From Octopus sinensis (lineage: Eukaryota), in NCBI RefSeq assembly GCF_006345805.1, contig NC_043004.1, positions 57,846,001-57,910,000 on the forward strand: 64,000 nt of DNA. Reading direction: 5' to 3'. Positions 25,211 to 39,825 of this stretch are shown in pieces (the stretch's first letter is position 1; each line of letters opens with the position of its first letter). Under the pieces are notes generated by a model that saw nothing but the letters and a program-made list of their open reading frames with translations, searched no databases and had not been told where the DNA came from. Made by a program: the position numbers and the translations under genes.

Positions 25211-26223
25211 TAAGGCTGTATGATATTAGCAGTACTAAGTGTTAGATACGTTACACTAATGCATTACAATTTGTCTGGAGGTTGGTGAGTCACTATCTTA
25301 TTAGTGATTAAGTCAGATTAAGGAAGAGCAGCGGTCAAGGCTTTTACAGGATTTTGAGACCGTTGATAAAATCTTTAGCACATTATCAATTAAGAAACTA
25401 AAACCAACACATCCAGCATCCAGGTAACAGAGAAGATAGATAAAAGCACCTAAATATATGACATACACCAAAAACCATGCAAGGGACGTCTACATCATCA
25501 CTTAATTCCCTACGAAAAATAGCCAAATTCTATTATGTCACAAACTACATTAATGCGTTCAGAGTAACATGCAGGAGAGGGATAGCCATGGCATTTGTGA
25601 CTTTTAACATAATTCTGTCTGAGGCTGGATCTAAATAATAGTAGCATCAATAACAATAACACACACACACACACACCACATACATACACACACATACACA
25701 CACCAGTTGTTAGTTCTTGCATTAGGAACGCTAACGTTTTAGGTTAGACTATAATAGAAAGACTATAATTTTAAATTATATCTATTTGTTGCTTCATCTA
25801 ACATGCTTTATATATACGTATGTGTACGCATGTTTGTGTTAATGTGTATGTTTGCGTGCGTATGTGTGAGTGTTCCTACGTAGATAGATATTACAATTAT
25901 CTATGTGTATATGTACATGTATATGTCTATCTATATGTATGTGTAAATGTATGTATGTGATTTTGTGTGTGTGTGTTCCCTTCACTGATATAATATATAT
26001 CGGAGCGACCTAGACTAAATCTGTCGGCTCTCATATGTTGGGGAGCGTGAGTCATACCTGTTATTGCAGAAAGCTTGTAATAAAACACCAATTTTATTGA
26101 AAGTCCGTAATTAAAACACCATTAAATTAAAATACTTATTTCTATACCTGAGACATATATCCATTTAATGTTAAAAACACTTTCTATATATATATATATA
26201 TATTATATATATATATATATATC

Positions 26224-26268
<45 letters not shown>

Positions 26269-26387
26269 CGTATATATATATACGTATATATGCATGCATA
26301 CACACACACACGCACACATATATATATATATAGATTTACATATGTATATATATGTGTTTATTCTCTCTCTGTTTATTTCCTCGTGTT

Positions 26388-26425
26388 CCTTTCTGTTGAA
26401 GAGCGCAGGCTCGAAACGTAACAGA
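26388..26425 (+). ncRNA. Hammerhead-like variant (CUGUUGA core, extra A, ACGU helix III, GUA)
   Basis: CTGTTGA-A-GAGC-GCAG-GCTC-GAAA-CG-TA-ACAGA; imperfect stem I. Confidence 0.4.
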
Positions 26426-26674
26426 CTTTCTCGCCTTCCCGAGCGTCAAACTATCACACTTGCTTGTTGTTTATAGCCATTCTTTGTCTTTTGTTTTGTT
26501 TTTTTTCCTGTAAATTTCAGCTATATACATATGTACACCCATCATAGTCATTAGTATTGCATAAACTTTCCAAAGAACGTGAAGTAATTCATTTTGAAAC
26601 ACTGAATCTCGCACTGCATTGCATAAAGATATAAAACATAGCATGTAAATAACGAAATGAATATATATGTGATA

Positions 26675-26797
26675 CAGTTCTACTTTTAAGAGATGAGGAA
26701 TTATGTACATTATTTACATTATTTAGATTTGACGAATATTAACAACAAACAAGATGAGGGCAAATATCCGTCAAATGTAAATAATGTAAATAAATAA
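26675..26797. mobile_element. Head-to-head remnant of family C tails
   Basis: Minus tip 26675-26740 fused to plus tip 26741-26797. Confidence 0.65.
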
Positions 26798-26914
26798 TAT
26801 ATATGTGTACACACCCACATACACACAAACACTTATATATATGTATATATCCGTGTGCATAATGTATGAATAAAGCTAAAGAATTCCGTGTTTAATGAGG
26901 TTTAAAGCTAAAAA

Positions 26915-28278
26915 TACAAGAGAATACCCAATGGTAATCGGAATCGTTCTCTGTGGGACAAGCCTGTAGTAGTTCAGGCTTTAGCCGCTAGAAGTCACTT
27001 AATCCGACTCACAGGCATCAGTCTGCCTACCGGTAGCTGGCAGAAGAAACGTTAGCACGCCGGGCGAAAAAAGGCGGCGAGCTGGCAGAAACGTTAGCAC
27101 GCCGGGCGAAATGCTTAGCGGTATTTCGTCTGTCGTTACGTTGTGAGTTCATATTCCGCCGTGGTTGACTTTGCTTTTCATCCTTTCGGGGTCGATAAAT
27201 TAAGTACCAGTTACGCACTGGGGTCGATGTAATCGACTTAATCCATTTGTCTGTCCTTGTTTGTCCCCTCTGTGTTTAGCCCCTTGTGGGTAATAAAGAA
27301 ATAGGTATTTCGTACTCCTTTACTTTCTGAATTCAAATACTAATGCCGTCGAGGTTGACTTTGGCTTGCATCCTTTCGGGGTCGATAAATTAAGTACCAG
27401 TTACGCACTGGGGTCGATGTAATCGACTTAATACCTATGTCTGTCCTTGTTTGTCCCCTCTGTGTTTAGCCCCTTGTGGGTAATAAAGAAATAGGTATTA
27501 TTCAGTGGCGTCATATTACAATGTGGCGCGTCTTTGTTGCGCAGTGCTTCTCTCCTGTTCGTCGATTTATGCGATGTCTGAGACGAAGGAACAGTATTCT
27601 TCTGTGAAATTGTTTTTCTGCTGGGGTAAACAGTGGCCGAAACAGTTGTCATACTTCAAACAGCTTACAAGGCCGCTGCAAAACATAAGTTTATGTGTGG
27701 TTTTCATGCGTTAGGAATGATCACTTGTCGCTTGACGACCAACCATGTCCAGGGCTACCGTCGACCTCCCGAACGAATGTAAACATCGTGAAAACTCTTG
27801 AACTGATCTTGAAGGATCATCACCGAACCATTGACGAACTTTTTGATATGAATGGTTTGTCCTGGAGCTCCTGCCAACAATTTTTGAGCGAAGAATTGCA
27901 AATAAAAAAAGAGTTGCAGCATAATTTGTGCCTCGCTTACTACACGAAGATCAAAAGCAGTCACGACTAAATGCGTATCGTGAACTGAAAGAACATTTAG
28001 CAGTTGATCCGGAACTTACTTCGAAGGTCATCACTGGTGACGAAAGCTGGTGCTACGGAACTTGCAGATGTGGAAGAGGTGAAAAAATAAACGACGGAGG
28101 CGTTAAAAGGTCTCACTTCGCAAGAGTTCCAGTATAGCTTCAAACAGTGGAAAATGCATCTGGGCCGATGCATTGCTTCAAATGGAGAACACAGAGAAAG
28201 CGAAGTGTACACATTGTAAAACTAGGTAAATAAAAATAATATTGCAAAATTCCGGTTTCTTTTGGGTACACGCCCGCA
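26915..28278 (+). mobile_element. Internally deleted mariner with nested SINE B copies
   Basis: Transposase remnants incl. FVPRLL (frameshifted) and KVITGDESWCYG (~28025-28058); 3' TIR ~28248-28278; weak 5' TIR match ~26915-26945. Confidence 0.75.
27030..27497 (+). mobile_element. Tandem SINE family B copies inserted in the mariner
   Basis: Full copy ~27048-27305 with duplicated head; partial copy ~27320-27497. Confidence 0.9.
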
Positions 28279-28547
28279 TAAAAATATTTGTTACTCGCCT
28301 GTATTGCCATTCGTATCATGTTGCTACAGGGAAATAAAAGACATCGAAAGTACTACTGGTATTGGAAGATTTTTAATGAAATTATCAAATATATTTTGGA
28401 AATATAGACCTCAATATTAACATTTTGTTAATACAAATGTGGTATGAAATATATTCATATGATACAATTCTATGTTTCTGAGACAAGGAATTTTTATATT
28501 ACGTTTTAGTTGGAGTAGTGTCCTCAAGACACTCGGGTGAATCACAA

Positions 28548-28589
28548 GACACCCGATGAATGCTGGGCGTACGTTGCCGAAACGTAGTG
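28548..28589 (+). ncRNA. Degenerate hammerhead related to the family C tail (U4C)
   Basis: GACAC-CCGATGA-A-..-GAAA-CG-TA-GTG followed by the AACAATCAAGATGAG tail. Confidence 0.4.
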
Positions 28590-30412
28590 AAAATAACAAT
28601 CAAGATGAGAACAACACTGCGGCTAACACATAATATATTTATATGGTTTAAACATTAAAAATATATCCTCTTATATGCTAGAGTGTGTGTGTGCGTGTGT
28701 GTGTGTTTTACTAATACAGCATGAATGACTATATAATTAGATTCAGTCAAATCGAAGGTAATCATATGACCGACATTTATTGATACTGTTTTGTTATATA
28801 CCATTGAGTTATTTAAATGCTGGCATTCAAGTGTTCTATGGTTTTGTTGGCCACTGTTTGGTGTCGATGTGAATGTTCTAAGCCAGAACTAAAATTTCAT
28901 GTACATTGATATTTAACAGGCTATGGGGCTTATTAAGTTGATCTGATGGCACATAGCACCATGTCAATATTCTTGCTTTTAATTCAGCTTCAAATCTTGT
29001 TCTCAGCTTTCACATTAATACATTACGAACATCAAAACTGCCGCCAATCTTCACGCATAAAATAATTCAGAGAGAAGCTTTTCTACTTACATATATATAT
29101 GTGTGTGTGTCTGTGTGTGTCTGTGTGTGTAGTGCACTGGTTGCACAGTGTATATGCAGATAAATTATCTACATCTATGTATTCACTCACTTTTACACGC
29201 ACACAAACATATGTGTGTATACACACACACACATACACACCCACCCACACACACCACACACACGCACACACACACACACAACACCACACACACACATATA
29301 TATAATATATATATATATAATATATATATAACATATATATATATATATTATATATATATATCAGTACTAGAACTTTATGTTAGATGAAATGAAGTTCGCG
29401 CTTATGCCTAAACACAGCTTGGTGCTGATACCGCTGAATATCAATAATAATTCGTTCCAGGTCCTTCGAATGTAAAGCTTCGTGAGCCGTAGGATATATC
29501 CCTCTCAGCGGACCATAGGATGTGTGTGTGTGTGTGTGTGTGTATGTGTAAACATATTCATCTGGCGTTGTGTGTCATCCCAGCCTGTATGTAAATAAAT
29601 GATCATATGTGTATGTCTTTACTCTCCTTTCTGTCCCACAATTGCAAATCTTATATTCAGAAGAATGAAAAGCTGCTTATAACGCATTAGAGTCAACAGG
29701 ATTACTGAAATTAGTTTTCTTTTTGTGCCGCTCTACTGTTACATGTTGAGATAATTATGATTACGAGGTCATTGGTCAGATGCATTTGAAAAATCACCAG
29801 AGTTCAAAAGATTAACATACATCGTAATTAGAGGCTATTAAAATGAATGGTGTTGAGAGCTTATATATTGCAAGTCTATCAATATACAGAGGATTGATCC
29901 TATCTAAATAACCATTTGATTCACAGAGTTTCAGGATTGATAAATTCAGTGGCATAACAAAACTCAAGCAGTGGATTAAAATAGGTATAGTCAATATTGT
30001 GGGGATTATGACTTATTTATTGATTACCCTAGTTTATATACTCTTAGGTTTATTTGAAAGAAAACCATGCAGCAGCTTAATAACTTAACATTTTGACACT
30101 ATTTTCTATCTTATAGTTTTTCTGCATGAATAAACTTAGCTCGATAAATTAGCGAATGAAAGGGACATAACCGCTGGAAAAGCAGTTATTATATGTCATG
30201 TTATGACAGGGATAAGCGTAGTAAGAGTATTCTCTCTGTAAACGTTTCTTCTGTTTATTTGGACAGTGGAAGTATCCAAATTTTTAGTGCCCAAAGTAAT
30301 ATTATGTCTATCAAAGTCTTACAGTACACATGGTCTGTTGCAAAATGTTCATTTATGAAATTTATGAAAATTCTGGCAATAATTGAAAGAAAATGTTAAT
30401 AATTCCGTGGTA

Positions 30413-30878
30413 CAGGAGTGGCTGTGTGATAAGTAGCTTGCTGACCAACCACATGGTTCCGGGTTCAGTCCCACTGCGTGGCATCTTGGACAAGTGTCTT
30501 CTGCTATAGCCCCGAACCGACCAATGCCTTGTGATGAGTGATTTGGTAGACGGAACTGAAAGAAGCCTGTCGTATATATGTATGTTATATATATATATAT
30601 ATATCATATATATATATATATATATATATATAGTATATATATATGTATGTGTTTTGTGTGTTGTGTGTCTGTGTGTTTGTCCCTCTAGCATTGCTTGACA
30701 ACCGATGCTGGTGTGATTACGTCCCCGTCACTTACGGTTCGGCAAAAGAGACCGATAGAATAAGTACTACTGGGCTTACAAAGAATAAGTCCTGGGGTCG
30801 ATTTGCTCGACTAAAGGCGGTGGTCCAGCATGGCCGCAGTCAATTGAATGAAACAAGTAAAAGAGTAAAAAGAGTAAG
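30413..30878 (+). mobile_element. SINE family A
   Basis: Full-length homology. Confidence 0.9.
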
Positions 30879-31214
30879 GAGTTATGCAATATAATATTAT
30901 TTTGTATGAGTTATCGTGTATGAATATTAGGGTTCTCTATATGATATAATCACTTTTTTTAAATTTGTTGTGTTTGATGAACAATTGTAATAATTATGAT
31001 AATGAGCTGCATGAATTTCAAGGATTCATTAGAGAACGAAGTCGGTGTCGTTTAATGATTGGAGTTTATATTACTAAACTGTGTGTGGATACTTTGATAG
31101 TATGCTGTCATGTTACATTCCCTATCAATCGTTTGAACAGTCGGCAACGTGAAAATGACTTATGAATCGGGACACTTTTCTAATAATAGTAAGAAGAAGA
31201 AGAACAACAACAAC

Positions 31215-31432
31215 AACGCTTTCTACTAGAGGCACGAGGCCTGAAATTTTGTGGGGAGGGAACTATTCGATTACATGGACACCATTGTTTCACACGTACC
31301 TAATTTATCGACCCTGAAAGCATGAAAGGCAAAGTTGACTTCAGCAAAATTTGAACTCAGAACGTACGGACGGGCGAAATACCACTAAGCATTTTGTCCA
31401 GCGTGCTAACGACTCGGCCAGCTCGCCACCTT
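31215..31432 (-). mobile_element. SINE family B
   Basis: Homology to family B. Confidence 0.8.
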
Positions 31433-31479
31433 TGCAACAACAACAACAATAATAATAGTAATAATTGGAATAGAATGCC

Positions 31480-31950
31480 CTCTTGAGCTCAGGCAGGTAC
31501 ATTATTTTATGTTAGTATAAAAGACGGGCCACAGCAAATATTCTGATGTAAGTTGTTTGACCTTAACCAGTTGAGCATGTACCTTAGTGGCTGACGATAT
31601 GTGCATCTCTGATCACGAGCAGAAGTAGTGGGGGAGCATCATAGCCATGTGTTGCAAGGAATTCTTTGGGGGTTTGGATAATTCACCACAGGAAACATAG
31701 GTGTTTCGTTCACTATCCTTAAGCAATCCATATTCATGAGCTACTCGACCTGAAGCAAATTCTAACTGGGCCCAACCTGCAAGGTCATGCGCTGTTTATC
31801 TTGACATCAGATCCCCATACCGTGTAAATATGGTGGTGATGCATTTGTCTGGTGTACCCTTATCAGACGGATAGTCATAATGGGTATACTGGGCTTCGTA
31901 TATTTACCCCAGTGTCACTCTGATGACATGCACTGCTCTCTCACTCAATT
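31480..31950 (+). mobile_element. Probable SINE/non-autonomous retroposon (family E), single copy here
   Basis: GC-richer block ending GCACTGCTCTCTCACTCAAT followed by an (AAT)n tail; recognition from memory only. Confidence 0.45.
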
Positions 31951-31977
31951 AATCATAATGATAATAATTATAATAAT

Positions 31978-32192
31978 CCTTTCTACTGAAGGTACAAGGC
32001 CTAAAATTTGGTGCGGAGGGGACTAGTCGATTACATCGACCCCAGCGTTTCACTGGTACTTCATTTATCGACCCCAAAAGGACGAAAGGCAAAGTCGACT
32101 TCGGCGGAATTTGGACGCAGAACGTAGCGACGGGCGAAATGCCGCCAAGCGTTTCGACCAGTGTAATAACGATTCTGTCATCTCGCCACCTT
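31978..32192 (-). mobile_element. SINE family B
   Basis: Homology to family B. Confidence 0.85.
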
Positions 32193-32497
32193 AACAACAA
32201 CAATATTATTATTAATATCATTATTATTATTATTATTGTTGTTATTATTATTATTAATAATAATAGCATAAGTACAAACAGACATATATGTAATCATAAA
32301 CGTATGTGTCTATGAGATTTGTATGTATACATTTGTGTGTGAAGGTATTTTGAAACGTGTGTGTATGCGCGTATGCTGCGTGTATACATACAGTAATACA
32401 AATATCTCACTATATATACAAAGATTGTATTACCATATTTCTATGAGCGTATGAAATCTTCCACTCCTCTCTTTCTGCCTTTCTCCCACTCTCTTTG

Positions 32498-32541
<44 letters not shown>

Positions 32542-32689
32542 TCTCTGTATAAATCATTTCTATCATGAAATATAATAAAATTTACAGTGTTTATTATCAC
32601 TTCTTTACTGCTCAGAAATGTCAAGAAGGTCTATAAATATTTACATTTCTAAAAAACACAAATATAAAATATATCTGACTGACAGAATG

Positions 32690-32743
32690 ATGTATATATA
32701 TATATATATGTATATATATATTATACATATATACATAGGTATC

Positions 32744-32774
<31 letters not shown>

Positions 32775-32791
32775 CTATATATATAGATATA

Positions 32792-32823
<32 letters not shown>

Positions 32824-32831
32824 CAGGTATC

Positions 32832-32863
<32 letters not shown>

Positions 32864-32885
32864 TATATAAGTATCTATATACAGG

Positions 32886-32916
<31 letters not shown>

Positions 32917-32935
32917 TATTATATATATATACAGG

Positions 32936-32967
<32 letters not shown>

Positions 32968-33044
32968 ATATTATATATATATATGAATATATACAGGAAT
33001 ATGTATATGTATATATATAAGTATGTATATATATATAAGTATAT

Positions 33045-33077
<33 letters not shown>

Positions 33078-33100
33078 GTATGTATATATATATAAAAACT
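32690..33100. repeat. (TA)n compound microsatellite
   Basis: Direct inspection. Confidence 0.95.
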
Positions 33101-33363
33101 ACCTGTATGTATGTGGGGTCTATAATTACATAAACATGTATGTATGACAAAAAAGCATATATACATAGACACAAACACTTGCACACATGTGTACATGCGC
33201 ACACGCACACAAACATGTATGTGTACATAACTTCATGCGTTTGTGTGTATCTCAGTATGTATGTGTGTATATGTGTGTGCGTGTATGTACACGTGTATTT
33301 CTAGCGAGAATGAGAGCGTGGCAGACAGATGTAAACATGTCGAAAATACTTTTATTTATTAAT

Positions 33364-33402
<39 letters not shown>

Positions 33403-33852
33403 TTACTCACATTTCCATCATTCTTTTAAGAAAACATTGCAATTTCGATCATCTTCTATAACGACATATCATTTCTTTGGTTTTTATTCTTTCATTTTTC
33501 CTTCATTTTTTCTTCATTTTTTTTTTTTTGCACATATCTTTTCAAATTCTATTTATGTATTTGTTTACTTGTATCTAATTCTGTGATATTTTCAGAGCCA
33601 AATTAGGCGTAGTTTTTAGTTTTATTCTTCAGCCAGTCATATTTAAACGTCTGTAAAACATCGCGCTTATTTTATAACCGAATTTCACAATTACCGAAGC
33701 AGGATATTTCCATCAGCTTCAAAGTTAAGAGTTAGCTTTAATGTTGTATGGTTTTGGCAAAATATCAATACATCTATGAACTTCAACCTCGTTTTTTAGT
33801 GCTGCAAATTAAATACGAAACACAATAGCAATAATATTACTACTACTACTAC

Positions 33853-33886
<34 letters not shown>

Positions 33887-33887
33887 T

Positions 33888-33931
<44 letters not shown>

Positions 33932-34384
33932 CTTTCATTAGACAGACGACACAAAGTACAATGTACGCTGAACAGGGATTCAAAATGCGTATAGGGTTGG
34001 ACAGAAAATATATATATCTATGTGTGTGTGTAAAGACGATGGGAGGAGCGGGATGTGCTATTCAGTATATATAATAAGATGGTTTAAACGTTTAAAATAT
34101 GCAAATGATGATTCGGAATAAATAATAGTAAAATAAAATACAGTATATACATACAAATGTGTGTGTGTGTGAGTGTGTGTGTGTGTGTGTTCAGTAGATA
34201 GTGAGATGGATATACAAATATATTTTAAAAGTCACTTAATCAGGACTGTCGATAGGACTTACTACTTCCTGCTGTTGCGTCCAAGTATTGTTTAATGTTT
34301 CTAATTCTAGAATATTCCTTGAGGAGGGCTCTCTAATCATAGACATTGAGGAAGAGTCCTTGTCCTTCGGATAATCGATATAGT

Positions 34385-34595
34385 AATCCTTTCCACTATA
34401 GTCTCACAACCTGAAATTTGGGTGACGGAGACTAGTCGATTACATCGAATCCAGTGCTTGATTAGTTTTTAATTTATAGCACCCAAAAGGATGAAATGTA
34501 AAGTCGACCTTAGCAGCATTTGAACTCAGAACACCAAGACGGACGAAATGCCGCTAAGCATTTTGCCCAGCTTGCTACCATTTCTGCCAGCTCTT
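34385..34595 (-). mobile_element. SINE family B
   Basis: Homology to family B. Confidence 0.75.
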
Positions 34596-35079
34596 CAAAT
34601 TCAGTGACACCCTATCGTTTTTAGGCTCTATTTAATTTTGTCACATCGATTCCGTTAGCACTATATCTTTGTTTAACAGTACGAGACTCTGGGAATTGGT
34701 TTCTATGCTTTCACCTATTCTACCACATTATATATAATATGCTAAGTAAATCGTCGTTATTCTGTACAGTCTTAATCGATCTCGAGACACCTAGTACTGA
34801 CTCTTTTAGCTAATGGCCACAATCCAAAATACTCGAAATGGAGTGTAGCAGGCGTGCTATACTTTTATTTTGTTACAAAGCAATAAATGGTAGTTATGCT
34901 GCTTAAATTTCGCTATAAAATAGCAATCTTGATTATGTTGAAACTCAATAAAGACAGCGATTATAAGCATACCTAAAAGAAATATTTAAAATTTCATGAC
35001 AACTGGAATTTTATCCACTAGACGTTGAGAATACACACACACACACACACACGCACGCGCACACACACACACGCACGCA

Positions 35080-35141
<62 letters not shown>

Positions 35142-37247
35142 TATCAACACATTTTGTTTATGAAACGTTCAGGATAATGTATGTTTCCTTTTAAAATAGT
35201 AGTGTTTAAACAAAAGCGTTTTGAAAATCATGACAGCTCACTTTTACTCGAAATGTAAACGTTATTTATTATAATGTAATGGGAGAAATAACAAAAGCGC
35301 TAAAGTGCAGGAATAAAGGTTTTAATTTTAGGCCTAAATACGTTCTGGCTTCATATTCTCCCAGGCGTAACTATACTTTTTACCACCGTGGAGTTATCAA
35401 GATACTAATCAAGAACCAATGCCGATTTAATTAATTGTTCCCTTTCAAAAAATTTGTAATTTAGTATCAGTTACATAGATAACCTTTTTTATCTATATTT
35501 TATCTGTATTTTGTAAACATTTATCTAATGTTAATCAAGAGTTATTTATTATAGAGCCAAATAAACAGAATCCAACAAGACTGGTGCATCAGAAAGTCCT
35601 GTAATACTTGAAAATAGAAAGTGTGTGGTGAAATTGCCATGGGGGTGGTGTATCCAAGTTTTCAAACGGAATCCTTCTTTAGGGTTAAAGATGACAGGAA
35701 ATAAACAGAAAAGACTGCAAAGTTTTACATCCGCTACGTTTGGGAAACTAGCTATTGAATGCGTATACTTGTCTAAAGTTTAGGAAGTTTTAATTGAAAA
35801 GTGATGTGCAACGTTTGTTTCAATAATTACGAATATAATCAATTTCCTGGTTCGATATCGTAATTCAAGAACGTATTTCACTTTAGAAAGTCGTACTTAA
35901 AAAAAATGAAATTGTATTGCGTTCTTTAAACCGAATGACATTTGTCTTGAAAGTCGGCATTCACCTATTCTACACATCACTGGTGACTCTAGACAGCCTA
36001 CAAATATAATTTTTTCCTGTTACAACCAATCCTAAACAAAATTTTTGTTTCTAAAATGTATTAGTTTAGTTAGAGCTTCTAACATAAAGATGTAGAAATA
36101 CTCAGCAAATGACCAGGTAATAATAATTACGACACAAGGCCAGAGAAGAGGTTAAGTCAATACCATCGATCCCTGCACTTCACTGGAACTTAATTTTATT
36201 AACCCAGGAAAGTTGAAACACAAAGTTAAACACAAATTTGAACGTAGACTATAAAGAATCGAAAGAAATATTGAACTGTATTTTGTCCGACTCTAACAAT
36301 TCTACCAACTTGCCACCTTAGAAGCCAGAAATTATGACAATATATATATATATAACATGTCTATATTCTATAATTTTTCAATAATTACCTAGACTATCTG
36401 TGCTACATAGCATAGATTTTATGGGAAGTTTTTGTTTTTTTGCAAAAACTTTGATGTTTATATAACTAAATAATGTGATTGCGAGTACGTGTGTGTTCGT
36501 GTGTGTGCGTATATTTATGAATGCATGTATGTAATTCTGTGCATGCCTGTATTGTTTCATCTATGTATGTATGTATGTATGTATGTATGCAGCTTTATTT
36601 AGTCAGCGCTTAATTTTTCCCTTGGCAATAATCTTTCTCTTTCTTGTTATCTAATTCGTCATCAGATTTCACCGTAATTACTATCTATTAAGTGAAAATA
36701 GTTTGTCTTTTTCAATTTTATGATGCCCTAAATTTTCATTGCAGTAAAGTCTGTTGTTACGCATGTTTTTTCTTGGGTTTTTTTTCCATTTAATTCTTAC
36801 TGCACTATTTTTGCTTTTACAACTTTGCTACTATGCGGCAAATATTCCTTATCATTTACATTTATTTAAGGTATTTTAGCGATTTTACGTGGTTTGCACG
36901 AGCTTTAATAGCCTCTTTATATATTAATAAATCTCGCTTTTATTTTCTTTTGATAATCAAAAATGTGTTTAGTTTTAAAGAATTTCAAAATATCTATCAC
37001 ATATAAAAGATGCTATCCGTTAAACGATCCACTTCTTTGGTCAAATTCCTCATTCCTTAATACACTCATGAAGTGATTTTCATGTAGATGTTCTAGGGAA
37101 GGTTATGATAAGAGGAGTTCTCTTTGCCTTCGCCAAGCCCACACAAAAATTTCAGCTCAGCACCGCATTTAAACAACCTACTAACCATTTTTTGTAGTAT
37201 TACCGCTGCTTGGAGTGATGATTGCTATATTTATTGATAATATAGAT

Positions 37248-37917
37248 CAGGGGGGTTCTCAACCGGGGTCCCTATAAGATTTGGTTGTTAAAATGTATAT
37301 GCAATAAACTGGTTATACTTCCATAATACAGAACATGTTTTAATATTTTATACAATTCTAAAACGGCGAGCTGATAGAATCGTTAGCACTCCACGATAAA
37401 TACTTAGCGACCCTTCGTCCGTCGTTACGTTCTGAGTTCAAATAACGCCGAGGTCGACTTTGTCTTTCATTCTTTCGGGGTCGAGGAAATAAGTAGCAGC
37501 TGAGGACTGGGTTCGATGTAATCGACTTATACCCTTCCCCGAACTTACTGACCTTATGTCAAAATTTGGAATCAGTATTTTATACAATTCTAATGCTTAG
37601 CGGTATTTCGTCCGTTTTTAGGTTCTGGGTTCAAATTCCCCGATGTTGATTTTGCCTTTCATCCTCCTTTCGGGGTCCATAAAATAAATACCAGTTGTAC
37701 ACTGAGCTTGTTATAATCGATTACCCCCCCCTCTACACACACACACACACAAATGTCTGGCCTTGTGCCAAAATTCGAAACCAGTATTTTATACAATTCC
37801 TAATAATATTTACTTACAAAAATAGAATGGGATTTATTTATAATTACATTGAAAGGCTATGAGGATCCATCCGCGTAAAATAGGAATCAAAGGACAAAAA
37901 ATGGTTGAGAACCAGAG
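37248..37917. mobile_element. hAT-type MITE with two nested SINE B copies (~37363-37590, ~37595-37795)
   Basis: Ends CAGGGGGGTTCTCAACC..GGTTGAGAACCA; TTTTATACAATTC repeated around the SINE insertions. Confidence 0.65.
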
Positions 37918-38117
37918 GTAGATGGTGTGGTCAATTTGAGCACTCTGACCCTAATCACGGTTGAAGTATGCAGTGCGGAGAATAGTATACGGACTGCCGA
38001 CTACTTGCTTGGCTATCTGTTATCCTACACACCAGGATAGTAACGCTCTCATGAAAAAAAATACCAAGATATTCACATGGATTACGTTTACGTAAAAGGA
38101 TAAATATATATATATGA

Positions 38118-38333
38118 TCTTTCAGTCATTGGGCTACAGCCAAGCTGGACCACCACCTTGAAGGGTTTTAGTCGAAAAACTCGACAACAGAACTTATTTT
38201 TAAAGACACATTTATTCTATTGGTCTGTTTTGCCGATCCACTAGATTACGGGGATGTAAACACACCCGCACTGGTTGTGAAGCGGTGGTGGTGGTGGACA
38301 AACAGAGAAACACACACACATACTCGTAGATAC

Positions 38334-38364
<31 letters not shown>

Positions 38365-38373
38365 ATATATAAT

Positions 38374-38425
<52 letters not shown>

Positions 38426-38970
38426 CGCAGGAGTGGCTGTGTGGTAAGTAGCTTGCTAACCAACCACATGGTTCCGGGTTCAGTCCCACTGCGTGGCATC
38501 TTGGGCAAATGTCTTCTGCTATAGCCCCGGGCCGACCAATGCCTTGTGTATGGATTTGGTAGACGGGAACTGAAAGAAGCCTGTCGTATATATGTATATA
38601 TATATATGTGTGTATGTGTTTGTGTGTCTGTGTTTGTACCCCAGGCGGTTCGGCAAAAGAGACCGATAGAATAAGTACTGAGCTTACAAAGAATAAGTCC
38701 CGGGGTCGAATTGCTCGACTAAAGGCGGTGCTCCAGCATGGCCGCAGTCAAATGACTGAAACAAGTAAAATAGTAAAAGAGTATATATATATATATATAT
38801 ATTCGATAAGATTCTTCCAGTTCCCCCTGTCAAATTCACTCAGAAGGCTTTGGTCGGTCCGAGGCTACATAGAAAGACACACTTGCACAAGATATCATAT
38901 CGTGGGACTCAACCCGGAACCTTGTGGTTGGGAAGCCAGCTTCTTATCACACGGCCATGCCTGCGCCTAT
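38118..38970. mobile_element. Cluster of three family A-related SINEs (minus ~38118-38330, plus ~38423-38780, minus ~38810-38970)
   Basis: Homology to family A head, body and tail. Confidence 0.8.
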
Positions 38971-39240
38971 ATCGCAAAGTATAATAATATATGGTTGTGA
39001 TATAGTTTAATAAGTGCTAATATGAAGCATAAGAACAAACGTGTACAAAACAACGTTATCGATTTTGTGAACTAAAATTCAAGATATTTTCTACATACGT
39101 TTTGAGATATTTTTCCTTCTTTATACATTACAATTGCTCAGATGTACATATATACGTATTTTCACTTCACTCCAACAAATATCCAATTATATTTTTTATC
39201 ATACAGAAAAATAACCAAACACTTCATTAAAATTTTGTTA

Positions 39241-39266
39241 TTTTTACTTTCTCTTTTTAGGTAAGT
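39241..39266 (+). promoter_or_regulatory. Candidate recursive splice site (ratchet point)
   Basis: TTTTTACTTTCTCTTTTTAG|GTAAGT: strong acceptor directly abutting a perfect donor at 39260/39261, in non-repeat DNA. Confidence 0.5.
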
Positions 39267-39477
39267 ACCAAACACAATTTACTGAAATCATTTTCTGGAA
39301 CTGTCCACTGAGAGTTAACCATTTTTGAAAGTAAATCATTTTCCTTTCGAATTCCGTTTTCTTTTTCTGTAAACGTAGAAAAGAAAAATCTGTAAGTACG
39401 ATTTTTTTCAGTTTATTTTAGAAAATAAAGAACAACTTATTTTGACATGACAACCCTTAAAATATGGTCTTCCAATG

Positions 39478-39825
<348 letters not shown>

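Noticed and set aside
27030-27497. CRISPR-like repeated units
   Set aside because: Tandem SINE copies in a eukaryotic genome; no repeat-spacer periodicity or cas genes.
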